This document shows positions 1 through 13,096 of a DNA stretch of 64,000 nt, in pieces. The position numbers and the translations under genes were made by a program. The notes beneath the pieces are model-generated. The model made no database searches, had not been told where the DNA came from, and was given only the letters and a program-made list of their open reading frames with translations. How positions within the stretch are numbered: position 1 is the first letter of the stretch; each line of letters starts with the position of its first letter. This DNA comes from Chiloscyllium plagiosum. Its lineage: Eukaryota. Location: positions 8,028,137-8,092,136 of the forward strand of contig NC_057751.1 of the NCBI RefSeq assembly GCF_004010195.1. Direction: 5' to 3'.

Positions 1-178
1 TCTTATCCTGAAACTAAGACCTTTGGTTCTGGACTCACCTACCATAAGGAACATCCTTCCTGCATCGAACTTATTTCATCCTATTCAAATTTTGCAGGTT
101 TCTGTGAATTAATCTCAACTCCACTGAGTACCATCCGAACCAACTCAATCTCTCCTCATACATCAGTCCTGCTTTCAC
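1..178 (-). mobile_element. CR1 3' fragment
   Basis: Similar to the CR1 ORF2 C-terminal region at 20680-20900. Confidence 0.7.
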
Positions 179-444
179 AGAAATCAAAAAGCATGGCACT
201 GGAAAAGCACAGCTGGTCAGGCAACATCTGAGGAGCAGGAGAGTCGACGTTTTGGGCATAAGCTCTTTATCGGGAATGTCACAGCCAATCCATCGACCCT
301 GCACATCTTGGCGAGACCAGGTAAGGATGTTCCTGTTGGTAGGATAATCTGGTCGGACTGTAGGAGGAAACTGGAGCTGTTGGGTGGTGCTGGGTCTAGC
401 TGCAAAACAGGGCTTGGAGTTCTCCTGGTCCATCAGTGGGATAT

Positions 445-465
445 GGGGGGGGGGGGGGGGGGGGG
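445..465 (+). repeat. G21 homopolymer
   Basis: Seen directly. Confidence 0.95.
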
Positions 466-989
466 TTGGGTATGGCATGGGGAAGAAGCGGCATCAGATC
501 TCAGTTGGGGAGATGGCTCGAGTCTGGTCTGAGATGGGTTGCAGACTAGGAAGGGGTAGTTGTGGAGGCCATGTTGGTCATGGTCTCAGGGTGTAAGAGG
601 TCTGGAGGAGGTGTTTTTGAGGGTGCATGATCTAAGTTATGGGGTCAGGTGAGTGATGACACAGGAGCTAGACTCAGTATTCCACAGTCCGACTTTGCCT
701 CAGTAATTGCTTCAGCGGAAAACTTTCAAGTTCTTGGGTTCAACAGGATGCTTTGTGGAACTTCAAGTATCATGGGATCCTCACTTTTGTGTGTAAATTT
801 TTCAGAGTCTGATGTGATGGGGGTTCTGCAGGGAACATCCTTATCTGGTCTGGTCTACACATGACTCCCAGACCTACCACCATGTTGTTGACTCTTAACT
901 GCCCTCTGGGCAATGAGGGGTGGGCAATAAATGCTGGTCCAGGCAGTGACGCCCACATTTCATAAATTAATCATAGAATTAGAGAATCA

Positions 990-1392
990 CTACAGTGGGG
1001 ATACAGGCCATTCAGCCCATCAAATCCACAGCAACTCTGCAAAAAGTAAACCACACAAACTCACTCCCCTACCCTATTCCCTGCATTTTCCATGGCTAAG
1101 CCACCTGACCTGCACATCCCCCCTGACCTGCACATCCCCAGTCACGATGGGCAATTTAGCCTGGCCAATCCACTTAACCTGCACATCTTGGGCAGACCCG
1201 GTAAAGATGTTCCTGTTGGCAGGATAGTCTGGTAGGAATGTGGGAGGAAACAGGAGCACCCAGAGGAAACCCACACAGACACAGGGGAGAATGTGCAAAT
1301 TCCACATGGACAGTCACCTAAGGCTGGAATTGAATCCGGGTCCCTAAAGCTGTGAAGCAGCAGTGCTAACCACGGAGCCAGCGTGCTGTCCC
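990..1392 (-). mobile_element. HE1-type tRNA-derived SINE (variant with a 45-nt insert)
   Basis: tRNA-like A/B boxes at the 1390 end and a CR1-like tail. Confidence 0.9.
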
Positions 1393-2472
1393 GAATTAAT
1401 ACATATGAAAAACATACAGATCACTGTGACAGCTACCCACATTTCCAAACAGAAAGAAGCGAAGTTAACAGATTGGAGGCTGAGGACTGACCTTTCTCAT
1501 TCAAGTAGGGGAGCTGTGTTTCCATTAAAAACACATGATAAGCTGATTGATTGGAAGCATTGTGTCACAGGAGTGCAACTAACAAAGCAGCCGCCTCCAA
1601 CAAGATCTTTGTTCATCACTTCAGTCTTGCTTAGACTGAAGTGAGAGACAGGTACGGGTAGAGCAGAGCGGAACACGTGCAGTAAGGGCACCCTTCAGGG
1701 CACCCAGTGCAATGTGAGTGTCAGATGCTGAGTTGAATTCCCTGTGCATAGACCCATGACAAGGGCTACCAGATTGGGTATTAAAGGCAGAGCTAGGTTC
1801 TCACTGGACACCCCAGACATCAGAATGAATTGCATTGGAGTAACAATTTCCCATTTCAGTGCCACCCCTGAAGGAGACTGTCAGTTCAATTTGATTGGAG
1901 CTGAATTTGAACCAGACTTTGTACAACTGCGCACCTGGAAATAGTTGGAGATTGGCCCATTCTGCACGGCCTACAGATAGAAAAGACTTGTGTCTCACCG
2001 CTCTTGGATCCAGCAATGCCCCCACCCTCCCCAGCCACCCATGTGCTTCATTTGGCAGAGTCTTATTAACCATGTACGGACAGAATGGCACAGCAAGGCA
2101 ATTTTAACCAGGTCCTAGAAATCAATTTTCACATGTTAATTGAACTGGACAGTGCTGAGGCCACAAAAGAAGAAAGTACAATTGCAAAAAGAAAGACGTT
2201 ACGATCATCATCCTGGGGAAAGTGAGCAGCTTCTCAGTGCAGTGTCTTGATTAACAGAGCAGCTTGATTATGATAAACCTCAAAGTCAGAAACCAAAGGT
2301 TTGAACTTTCATGTCTGGATGGAATTCAAATAGCCCACTGCAGTCATATAAAGCACCAAGCGTTAGAGAAAGTGAGGTAACTGCTGGATATTTCCCCTGA
2401 TTTACCATCTAGTGGCTGGAGATCACCACCATCACCTTTCCTGAGCTGTCCCATCACCATAACATGGTGAAA

Positions 2473-2793
2473 GGGGCAGCACGGTGGCTCAGTGGTTTGC
2501 ACTGTCACCTCACAGCGCCAGGGACCCGGGTATGATTCCGGCCTTGGGCGACTGTCTTTGTGGAGTTTACACATTCTCCCCGTGTCTGTGCAGGTTTCCT
2601 CCCACAGTCCAAAGATAAACAGACGAGAGGAACTGGCCATTCAAAATTGCCCCATGGTGTTCAGGGATGTATGGGTTAGGTACATTAGTCAGGGTAACTG
2701 TAGAATAACAGGGGAAGGGTGCGTTACTCTTGGAGGTTCGGTATAGACTTGTTGGGCCAAATGGCCTATTTCCACACTGTAGGGATTCTATGA
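2473..2793 (+). mobile_element. HE1-type SINE
   Basis: Head ggcagcacggtggctcagtggt with B box; tail gggccaaatggcct. Confidence 0.9.
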
Positions 2794-3095
2794 AATAAAC
2801 AAAAGCTATTCACCATACAAACCAAAACCCACCATTTTCTGGAATCATAATGTTGGCCAGCTGCCAATTCTATCATCACTGAAATTATGATGTTTGAGCT
2901 GAGATCTTTTTGTTATAAAACCTTAAGTTATCTCGAGAAGGTGACTTAAATTTACATATTAATGAACCAAAACTTGCAACCCATTCTAAAATATAAAAGA
3001 CTTAACAATCCAGGTTTGTCCAGTATATAAATTCAGTTACATCACACTGTAAACTTTTGCTATAAATTCTGTGTCCTACGATCTTACATTCCTTG

Positions 3096-3135
3096 AGCAC
3101 CTGATGAAGGAGCAGTGCTCCGAAAGCTAGTACTT
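3096..3135 (+). ncRNA. Minimal type I hammerhead ribozyme motif in a Penelope-related element (about 2912-3185)
   Basis: CUGAUGA (3101), stem II ggagc/gctcc, GAAA, palindromic AGCU, UA cleavage site; stem I gcac/gtac. Confidence 0.75.
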
Positions 3136-3511
3136 CCAAATAAACCTGTTGGACTATACCTGGTGTTGTGTAATTTTTAACTTTGTCAGTGAATTTAGTT
3201 TGACAGTTTCATCATTTTGGGGATGTAACAAAAAACGAGTGATAAGTGCCAGGTAAAAGGGGAAAAGGCGCTTTTTCTAATTGTTAGCAAGCGACCTGGA
3301 GCAGAAGTGTGTCTGCTAAAGAGTAGGATCATAACACACACATCTTTCACGGACCACTTTCTCTCATTCTCTTCTTTGCCATTGAACACCTAATGCAAAA
3401 GTCACTTAGTTCTCAAGCAAAACATATGTAATTCCATATTTCTCTCTCATTGTAAAATGGAATCAAAGCTTTGTTGTTGTGCACCCATCAGAACTAGGAC
3501 ACTGCAGATGG

Positions 3512-3945
3512 ACAAAGTTTGAGAGAAGATTTGTAGCTCAGGTGTTCGTTATTGTGGTTCTGTTCGCCGAGCTGGGAATTTGTGTTGCAGACAATCCTTA
3601 GTAGCCACACACGCGGATGACAAGCAACATGAGTTTGACTGGGACAACACTACCATTATAGGACAAGCCAAACAGAGAACAGCCAGGGAATTCCTAGAGG
3701 CACGGCACTCATCCACAGATTCTATCAACAAACACATCGACCTGGGCTCAATATACCGGCCACTGCAGCGGACAGCTGGAACTGACAACCGGAAGCGGCA
3801 GATTCAAACCACTACAAATGCCAGAGGAAACATCACAGAAGCGCTTCACAGGAGGCTCCCAAGCACTGAGGATGTCACCTAGACAGGGGACGAAATGTCT
3901 GCAACACAAATTCCCAGCTCGGCGAACAGAACCACAACAACTGCA
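3512..3945 (+). mobile_element. Penelope-like element fragment: GIY-YIG C-terminus, pseudo-LTR with hammerhead core, and an inverted pLTR copy
   Basis: SLVATHADDKQHEFDWDNTTIIGQAKQRTAREFLEA; 3547-3592 is the reverse complement of 3897-3941. Confidence 0.85.
3866..3899 (+). ncRNA. Minimal hammerhead ribozyme motif in the Penelope pLTR (stem III altered)
   Basis: CUGAGGA - stem II - GAAA-UGUC; flanking gca/tgc can form stem I. Confidence 0.65.
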
Positions 3946-4084
3946 GGTGGACTTGAGGAAAGGGAATTTATATAACATGACAAGAGGGTGCTGATGGGTT
4001 GGGGCATCGCTTGAAATAAAGATGCAGCAAGAACCGATATGTGTTCTATTATTGGTGAATGAGAGACGAAGATATTCAACTTAC

Positions 4085-4184
4085 CTTCTTTTAGCCAAGT
4101 TTAGCTTCTGTACAACCAAGAAAACCTTTGTCAGTATCAACTTCCTCAGACTCAGAATCTACCTTAACTGTTTTCCAATCACGT
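4085..4184 (-). CDS. Candidate exon (RDWKTVKVDSESEEVDTDKGFLGCTEAKLG-stop at 4093-4091), followed by a donor site
   Basis: Acceptor tttttactcttaag|, consensus donor AAG|gtaagt; phase-compatible with 8461-8501. Confidence 0.45.
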
Positions 4185-4264
4185 CTTAAGAGTAAAAATG
4201 TTCTTCCTCGTGTTAGGTGACAAAAGCAATACACAGAATCCAAGTGACAAGGTACTGAATGATG

Positions 4265-4600
4265 GGGCATATAATGGCGTAATGGTATTATCACTGGACT
4301 ATCAATCCAGAGACCTAGAGACCCTGTCCAGAGACTCGGATTGGAATCACACCATGACGGAGGATGGAATCTGAATTCAATACACATCTGGAATTAAAAG
4401 TCCAATGATGACCATGAAACCAATGTCAGGAAAATCCCATCTGGTTCACAAATGTTCTTCAGGGAAGGAAACTGCCATCTTTACCTGGTCTCGCCTACAT
4501 GTGACTCCAGACCCACAGCAATCTGGTTGACTTTGAACTGCCCTCGAGGCAATAAATGTTGGCTTAGCTAGTGACACCCTCACCCCATGAATGAATAAAC
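4265..4600 (+). mobile_element. Second tRNA-derived SINE family (other copies 824-970 +, 32215-32690 +, 32795-33190 -, 48820-49170 +, 51655-52015 -)
   Basis: Recurrent core ggttcac...agggaaggaaactgccatc.ttacctggtctggcctacatgtgactccagaccc; tail caataaatg.tggc. Confidence 0.8.
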
Positions 4601-7399
4601 AAAAAAAGCAATTGATTCTGAAATTCACTTTGGATCTCTCGGTCCTACAAGTTGGCTCATTCGATCACATGACCAGGCAGTGTTGGGTTCTTTCTCACAG
4701 ATATGTGACATACCTTCCATTGACTTGCTCGAGATGTCATCTCTATATCCCGGCAGGTGGCCTAACGGCAAAAAACTTTCGGTTCCCATCTTTAAGCTCT
4801 GTTCTCTTGCAACATGACAAGCTCAGAGAAGCTTCTTATAGTACAGCCCAACTGCTTAGCTTGAACCCGGGCAGAAAAGATCATCATGCAGGCATATATT
4901 GATGTATATGTGTATAGACACACACCAGGATGTCAGAGAAGTGTTCATCTGAGGGATATGTTGCCCATATCCCTCAGATGTATTATTGGAGCTGATTGCA
5001 ATGACCTTGTGTTATTGACAACTCTGCCAATGCAAATGCATCCTGAAACACACTCTGCTCCGATTTTGCTCCTCACAATCATCGCAAAGAGACATCACCA
5101 TTGTATCTTCTGTTCCGAAGAAAACAATTCTCAGTCCCACATCTCTCTTCAGGATCTCAGATCTTTCATCGGATAAGCTTGATATGATTTGATCTCCATC
5201 GCATCTAACTCACACGCTAAGTATTAGAACCATTCAGCACATCAATTTCATACCATCATCAGCTGAAAACACTGTTGTGAGAAATTTAATTCTTCGCTCA
5301 TTATGAAAGGTCCCTATTCATTTGTTGGTTATTTACATTAATCAAGATAAGACACCACTTTATTTTAATTCCTTCCACTCTCCATCCTGCATTAATAGAC
5401 TACTTCATACGTCACTTCCAATAACTGGAAATTAGATCTTAAGATGGGTTTAATAGTATCATTCATTCTGAAATTACTGGCTAATTAGCATATAGCTGCC
5501 AATAATTTTTTCCTGAACACTGCAGTAGCTTTGACTGAGAGAGATAAGAAAATGTATTAACAGGAGCTGCTGAAATAAATTGAACCTGACTTCATCAATT
5601 ATCTGTGTTTTAGATATCCCCTCTGTCTCTACGCCTGCAATGAATTACTTTGAACATCTGGAGCTCTTCATTGAGCGAGGGTATTAGTGGAAAGCACTTG
5701 AAAAGACTCGAGTTGAGTGAAGATCTCACCATTCAGCAGAGGGTCAGTGTTGGCTTACTGTTCAACTCGTTAAACCAGGAATCACTTCTGGGCAATCAAC
5801 AGCTGATTTGAACATCTTTGGCCTCATTTGCATGGCCTGATCACACTTACAACCTGAAAACCCTCCAAGGTCTCTGTCCTCCAATTCACTGGCTCTTGTG
5901 CACCCTCTGTATCAACTGCTCCAACGTAGGTAACCATGCTCTCAACAATCAAGGTACTGATTTTTGAAGGTCATGCTTGAAAGGTTCAGCCACCACTCTT
6001 AGTTTTTAAAAAATATTTCCTCAAAAACTAACCTTCTGGCTAATCATTCAGTCACCTACCCTGATACTTGCTTCAAGTAGCTCATGACAAATCCTGATGG
6101 ATAGCAATCAAAGTGACTGAACACAGATTGTCACAATAAGGCCACTGTATGAATATAAGTTGCTGACACTATTGGTTCATCTTCGCCCCCTCCTGTGTCC
6201 CTCCACAGTGGGGGTGTGGGGGGTTGATGGGGACAATGGTGTTGAACCGGTGGTTTAAGATTCCATCCACACCGGGCATTTCGACATCCAGGTCTCAAGA
6301 CGTCAGGTGTCACCTCAGGCCAATCAGGGCCTATTAGCAGGGCAGTGTGAGGAGCCAAAAAGCAAAACGCAGGTCAGGATAGGTGCTAATGAGTTTGAAC
6401 AAAAAGCATTGGATGTTCTTCTATAACACTTTGTCAGTGAAAATTGACTACAACCTTGACTGATGAATTGTGGACGTTGTCTGCATGTCACGAACTTTCT
6501 GCTGTATGGATATGTCGGGTTTTCCACAGTGCGGTCTTCAAGAGCGCGATTTCTACAGTGGTTTCCCATAGCGTGATTTTCTACGCGCAAGATGGCAGAG
6601 GAACACAAGTGTCGTCAGAAAGCAGAATGACTGTACTTGTGTATCCTGCTGGCCTTGTCTGCATTTAGAGACAAAAGTAATCTGATGCTAAGTTGTGAGA
6701 GTGAAGGGGAAGGTTGTAGCACCAGCAATTTCACTCAATCCAACACCTTCAGGGAGCTTGGCAAGAAGTTGGGTAGGGATGGGGGCGTTAGGGTAGGGGG
6801 AGGGGAGGGGACAGGGCAGAAGAATGCTTCCCCACAACCCCAGAGTGATGCAGGGCGCAAGATTCACAGTTCAGATACCTACTCTGTACGACTGCTATCT
6901 CCAGTTGGTAGCATTCCAGAAGGTTCTCCCAGGCCAGACTGCCACACAGTCCCATCGCTGACGTGAGTACTGGTAGAAACACCGTCAACCTCTGAATCAA
7001 AAAATGTTGACTCTGCTGCATGGTTACAGCCTTTCTAAACTAAAACCACCAACATCACTGGGCTGACCTCTGGGAAAAGATATTTGGCATCAAAATTTGA
7101 CTACTTTTTGTCACTTTTACTTGAATATAATTCACCGAGGAGTTACAGATGGAGCCGAACACCGTGCAATCATCAGTGAACATTCACACGTCTGAGATTA
7201 GGATGGAGTGAAATCCAGGACGCTTGGGCCCAAACCAAGTTCCCTTGAGATTTCCCATCAAGCACTGGGGCAATATTGTAGAGACAATATCAGTAGGTTC
7301 AACATTGAATTCAGACACTTCCTCTCAGGTGCACTTCAAAATGGAGGCCACCTTTCTTACTTTACAATGACAACAATGCTTCACACATCCTTCAAGATA

Positions 7400-7990
7400 C
7401 AAGAGCAAGCAGGAGCAGGCCTTTCAATCTCTTGATCTTAGTCTATCACTTAATAAGATCATGCTTGATCTGATCATGGCCATCTATCACCAAAAACCTT
7501 TAATCTGACTGCTGACCAAGAATCTACCTGTTGCTGCTTCATAAATATTCAAATAAATAGATAAATATTCAAATAAATATTCCCACAGGCTTTTGAGGAA
7601 GAGAGTTCCAAATATTCAAGACCCTTCAAGAGAAAAAGATGCTTATCTCTGTCTGAAATGGATCGCCTCTTATTTTTAAACACAGTGTCCCCTTGTTTGA
7701 GGCTCTCCCACACAGGAGGAAATGTTACGTTCACATACGTCATGGTTAAACTCTTCAAGATCTTGCATTTGTCAATAAATTTGCCTCTTACTCTTCGATG
7801 TCCGAGCTGATACAAATTTAGCCTGTTCAACTTTTCCCACAAGAAATAAAATTCACATTCCTGGTTCTGCAGAAGGGTCACTGGACTGGAAAAAAGTTAT
7901 CTCTGTTTCTCTGACCAACCCTTCTGAGTTTCTCTTGCAATTTATCTTTTTGTTAACCATTCCAGGTATTCATCAAGCAAACCTTCTCTC
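7400..7990 (-). mobile_element. Degenerate CR1 3' fragment with a short Penelope-related insert
   Basis: Translation resembles the CR1 C-terminus (LNRLNLY...RRVRG...CKILK). Confidence 0.7.
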
Positions 7991-8460
7991 AGAGCTCCTC
8001 TTGACAACACATTTCAATTTTCTCTTCAGTAAGGAAACTAATACATCACAATCATTCTAGATGTTGCCTCACCAGGGACTTATATTCGCTGTCAACTACT
8101 TTTGGACATCAGGACATTGTGAATGTCTCTACACAATTGCAGTCTCTATGTACTGGTCACCCAAGACTACCAACCTCAACAACCACATGCTAAGATGCAC
8201 TTGGATGAAAAGGATAGACGAAACAGCCTTTTACACCAACTCCCACATTTCTGTGCCAATTCAGAGTTTCTGATAGTAGTGTCCAGGAGATGAAGCATTG
8301 ATTCTTGTCAGTCCGAGGGCAGACTTGAAGGGTTCCATAACTCTCCAGTGACTCTTGTAGTCATGAGGAATTGTGGCTGTAGATAATCCATGCACAACAC
8401 CAGGCAGTGCACATCCTGAACATTAACCCTAGTGTCAAGGATCACTCAGAATTTGCTCAC

Positions 8461-8501
8461 CTCAGGACTACAGCACTTGATTTCCATATTTTATTCACCT
8501 C
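8461..8501 (-). CDS. Candidate exon (EVNKIWKSSAVVL-R), phase 0 to 2
   Basis: Very strong acceptor tttgcttcttgtctttttcag| and donor GAG|gtgagc; single open frame. Confidence 0.55.
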
Positions 8502-8715
8502 CTGAAAAAGACAAGAAGCAAATAGCCAGGTTGTTCACCTGGACTGCCTCATAATAATGAGCACAGGAATACCAACGAACGGACTATCCAGCAATGTTCA
8601 CAACCAAGCAAGCTCCTGGTTGAGGGACAATGCTGGAGAAAAAGGGAAAGTAAATCAAAAGAAATTCCTCCCTGGCCTCAGGATGTTGAAACCACTTCAG
8701 GAGATCCAAGCAGGA

Positions 8716-8826
8716 GAGAGTGAGGACTGCAGATGCTGGAGATCAGAGTTGAGAGTGTAGTGCTGGAAAAGCACAGCAGGTCAGGCAGCAGCCGAGGAGC
8801 GGGAGAATCAACGTTTCAGGCAAAAG
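8716..8826 (-). mobile_element. Short Penelope-related element of the same family as 12887 (further copies near 197, 18064, 23345, 23486, 30171, 32258, 43188, 58234 and 60088)
   Basis: Shared core gctggaaaagcacagcaggtcaggcagcatcc. Confidence 0.8.
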
Positions 8827-8914
8827 ATGGAGACACCTGCTTTCAACATGATCGAACCTCTGCCCCAGTCAAGGAGGGGTCCAGCTTCCTCAGGAGGGCA
8901 CGTAGTCTACATTA

Positions 8915-9146
8915 TATTAGATTCCCTGCAGTGTGGAAACAGGCACTTCGGCCCAACAAGTCCACACAGACCCTCTAAAGAGTAATCCACCAAGACCCAT
9001 TCCCCTACATTTACTCCTGATTAATGCACCCAACACTATGGGCAATTTAGCACAGCCAATTCATCTGACCTGCACATCTTTGGACTGTGGGAGGAAACCG
9101 GAGCACACCCACGCAAACACAAGGACAATGTGCAAACTCCACACAG
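8915..9146 (-). mobile_element. HE1-type SINE (5'-truncated)
   Basis: Body and tail match the other copies. Confidence 0.9.
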
Positions 9147-9779
9147 GCTCTACTTTACAGACCAGAAAGAGAAACTTGCATTTATGTCTTGCCTTTCACA
9201 ATCTCTGGTGACTCGGCCTTAACGTGAATCAAGTCCAAGTCCATCAGGAAAGTTCCGTTTATTTTCTGAAGGGGAATATTTACTGTATTTGACCTTAAGG
9301 GGTTGAAGCATTGAATGGACCTTTCAGTGTACACTATACGATTCTGAAATTATGCAGTTTGTACAATATGCTGCAACAGGAGAACACATGGCGACTGGAT
9401 TCAAACATCTCTGACAATGAGATGTACAGACCCATAATATCTTGTTTGCTTTTTCCCCATAGCAAGGATAATCTTGCCACACCAAAGCTGAACCACCTTA
9501 TTGCTCAGTTCACAATATTCAATATCACAATATTAATAAGTCAAATCTAATCACAGGCTAACAGCTTTGGCATCTGAAGTCAGTAGGTTCTGCGTTGAAG
9601 CTCCACCCCAGAAACTTGATTACAAGGAGGAGAATAAAAACTCCAGGCTGAGTGTGAAGTGCAGTACCAAGGGATAGCTGCACTGAGGTACAGCAATTCC
9701 AGATGAGATGTTCAACCAATGAGACGTCTGACCTTCTTGGGTGGATCTTGGGTGGTCACCTCTGAAAGAAACAAAAAGA

Positions 9780-10450
9780 GCCCTTGATGGACAAATCCAT
9801 AGATCTCAGGAAGTGTCAGCAGAATGCTGAACAAGGCACATGGGATGCTTGCCTTCATTGGCCAAGATGTAGAATATAGGAGCAGGGAGCGACACTTTTA
9901 CACAACACTGATTTGGCCACAAATAAAATACTGTATGAGTTCTGGTTGGTACATGATCGGAAGGACATGATTGCACTGGAGAGGGTGCAGAAGAGATTCA
10001 CCAGAATGTTGCTTGGGATGGAAAGTCTCGGTTATGAGGTGAGACTGGATAGGCTGGGTTTGTTTTCCCTGGAGCAGAGAAGCATGAGAGAGGATCTGAT
10101 TGAGGTATACACAATTATAAGAAGCACAGACAGCGTTGATTGTGAGAATCTCTTCCCCATGACAGATGTGTCTGAGAACAAAGGGCATTACCAGTTTTGA
10201 GGGGATCTCAGGAAAGATATTTTCACCCAAAGGGTGGTAGAAATATGGAAATGTGCTGCCTGAGAGGGTGGTGGAGGCAAGTACTCTCGCAATATTTAAG
10301 AAGATCTGCATGATACATTTGAAATACCATGATACAGTAGGCAATGGACTTTGTGCAGGTAAATGGGGTTAGTCAGGGTGAGTCTTTGTTGGTAGCACCA
10401 ATACAGTGGACTGATAGGCCTGCTTCTACAGGGCATGATTCTGTGACTCA
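9780..10450 (+). mobile_element. CR1 3' fragment splitting a Deu-domain-like SINE
   Basis: ORF 9913..10200 LERVQKRFTRML...LGLFSLEQR. Confidence 0.9.
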
Positions 10451-12425
10451 ACCAAAGTCACTGAAACAGATTAACAGGTCATTACCATATTGCTCTGTGT
10501 GGTAGTTTTCTGACTGGAAACTGGTTCCAGTGTTTTCAGTATTACAGCATTTCAGAAGGAATTCAATGGTTCTAAACATTCTTGGCGGTCCTCATTGTTA
10601 TATGTTTTGGACAAAAGTAGTTTTGTTGTTTTAGATGCTCAGGCCACTCCTCTCCTTTTCCTCCTCAATCCAGATTACCAGTTAACAGGTTCCTCATCCA
10701 AGCAACGTCTGTCACCTGCCATTTTATGTAATCCCTCCATTCAAACTTAACCCCAGCTCCAAAAGAAAAATGCATTTATCTCCCAACTTCATGTGCCACT
10801 GGTGATTTGAAGAAAGGAACACTGTGTATCATTAATGATGTGCGAAACAGAAGTTCAGCATGAGAAACAAATTATTCAGCCCATTACGGAAAAATCATCA
10901 GGCGAGGTATGCCTCGGGGATTTGTTAAGTTAAATTGGATAAGTTTTTTTTTGCGTGATCAACTGTAACGAAGTGAAAAAAATGCCAATGCAATTACTGA
11001 AGATAATTTTCTATTTCTTTCTGCTTTCTACTTTTTTCTGTTGGTTCCTTAGGATTCACATATCGGGCCATACAACAGGCTCCAGCACAGAAAGCTATGT
11101 TCTCAATGGGCACTGTTTACATTTTGTTGATCTTCGATGTCAGGGGAACATCTCTCGTGATATTTGCTGCTTTCCAAACACGAAGGGAAGAACAATAATG
11201 CATTTGAATTTCCAAAAGTGTTTAATAAGCTACCACATGTAAGATGCTTAACAAAGGAAGACTCCATGGTGTTAGGTGTTTGGTTTGTCTGCATGAATCA
11301 TGGGTTGGCTCAATAATTGAACAATGAGGGTCATATTCAGGATAGCAACCTGTAATGCATGGAGTGCCACAGAGTTCAGTGCTGGGACCACATTTATTTC
11401 AAATAATATACTTTGATGATTTCCTTGAGGCAAGTGAAATGTACTACATCCAAGTTTGTGCATGACAGAAGGTTGGAAGGCAAGGACTGAACATGACAGT
11501 CTCCAGGGGGATGCAGACAGATTAACTGAGTGGACACAAATTTGGCAGATGGAATTGGCAGATGAGGAGGAATTTCTTTCACCCCAAGAGCAGCTAATCT
11601 GTGGAAATCATTGCTGCAGAGGGCTGCGGAAGCTGAGCCATCGAGATGCACAGCATGGAAACAGACCCTTTGGTCCAACCCGTCCATTCCGACCAGATAT
11701 CCCAACCCAATCTAGTCCCACCTGCCAGCAACCCGCCCATATCCCTTCTAACCCTTCCAATTTATATACCCTTCCAGATGCCTTTTAAATGTTGCAATTG
11801 TACTAGTCTCTACCACTTCCTCTGGCAGCTCATTCCATACATGTACCACCCTCTGTGTGAAAAAGTTGCCCCTTTGGTCTCTTTTATATCTTTCCCCTCT
11901 CATCCTAAGCCTATGTCCTCTAGTAATGGACTCCCCCACCCCAGGGAGGTATTTGAGTCAGAGATCAATAGGTTCTCGATTGGTATGGGCTATGGGGGAG
12001 AAGGCAGGAAAATGAATTTCAGGAACTCATCAGCCATGATTGAACGGTGGAGCAGACCCAACAGCCGAAGTCTCTGCCTACACCTTTCGGTCTAATAAAA
12101 TGTGGGAAAGCACGAGAATTTGCTCTTTGGGAAAAAGAATGGAGGAGCTGAATATTATTCAAATGAAGTGAGGCAGCCGGAAGGGTCAGTGCAGATGGAT
12201 TTGGGGATTCTCATGCTCGAGTCACTAGAAGTTCAGCAGGTAATAGGTGATGGTGAATTGACTGTTGGCCTGTATTGCAAAGGGAATGGTGCACAAAAAT
12301 AGGGTGATCTTGCTAAAAGTAGACAAGTCAGGTCATTCCTGAAGTACTGTGGACCATTATGGTCCCCTTGTCCACGGAAAGATATCCCAATACTGGAGAC
12401 AGTGCACAGAAAGGTTCACTGCAAT

Positions 12426-12738
12426 GGGTGGCACAGTGGTTAGCACTGCTGCCTCACAGCGCCAGAGACCCGGGTTCAATTCCCGCCTCAGGTGAGTTTG
12501 CACATTCTCCCAGTGTCTGCGTGGGTTTCCTCCGGGTGCTCCGGTTTCCTCCCACAGGCCAAAGATGTGCAGGTCAGGTGAATTAGCCATGCTAAATTGC
12601 CCGTAGTGTTAGGTGAAGGGGTAAATGTAGGGGAATGGGTCTGGGTGGGTTGCGCTTCGGCGGGTCGGTGTGGACTTCTTGGGCCGAAGGACCTGATTCC
12701 ACACTGTAAGCAATCTAATCTAATCTAATGTAATCTAC
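12426..12738 (+). mobile_element. HE1-type SINE, young, with a (AATCT)n tail
   Basis: Intact A box tggcacagtgg and B box ggttcaattcc. Confidence 0.92.
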
Positions 12739-12886
12739 TGTCTGGGTTGCTTTATGAGACGGAGCTGAATAAGTTGGGTCTGTACTCACCAGAGTTCAGA
12801 AGAATGGGAGACAACCTGATTGAAACATACAAGATTCTGAGAGAACTTAACTGAGTGGATGTGGAAAGGTTGCTTCCCTTTATGGA

Positions 12887-13096
12887 GAAAGTGAGGTCTG
12901 CAGATGCTGGAGATCAGAGCTGGAAATGTGTTGCTGGAAAAGCGCAGCAGGTCAGGCAGCATCCAGGGAACAGGAGAATCGACGTTTCGGGCATAAGCCC
13001 TTCTTCAGGAAGAAGGGCTTATGCCCAAAACGTCGATTCTCCAGTTCCCTGGATGCTGCCTGACCTGCTGTGCTTTTCCAGCAACACATTTCCAGC
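12887..13096. mobile_element. Palindromic short Penelope-related element with a hammerhead core and a 16-bp TSD
   Basis: Arms 12918-13006 and 13009-13097; minus strand reads CUGAAGA-agggcuuaugccc-GAAA-CGUC; tgcttccctttatgga at 12871 and 13097. Confidence 0.85.

Noticed and set aside
71..596. Poly-Pro and poly-Gly ORFs
   Set aside because: Produced by the G21 homopolymer and repeat fragments
6405..6660. CpG-rich patch with a Kozak-like caagATGG (+) and a good acceptor at 6660 (-)
   Set aside because: Mostly explained by a MITE related to 45828-46050; all frames close quickly
10835..11200. Plus-strand donor (10906) and strong polypyrimidine acceptor (11052); also a minus-strand 37-codon frame
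   Set aside because: Could not be chained to other exons on either strand; left unresolved
12426..12490. tRNA-like A and B boxes
   Set aside because: SINE heads, not tRNA genes; they continue into the HE1 body with no full cloverleaf
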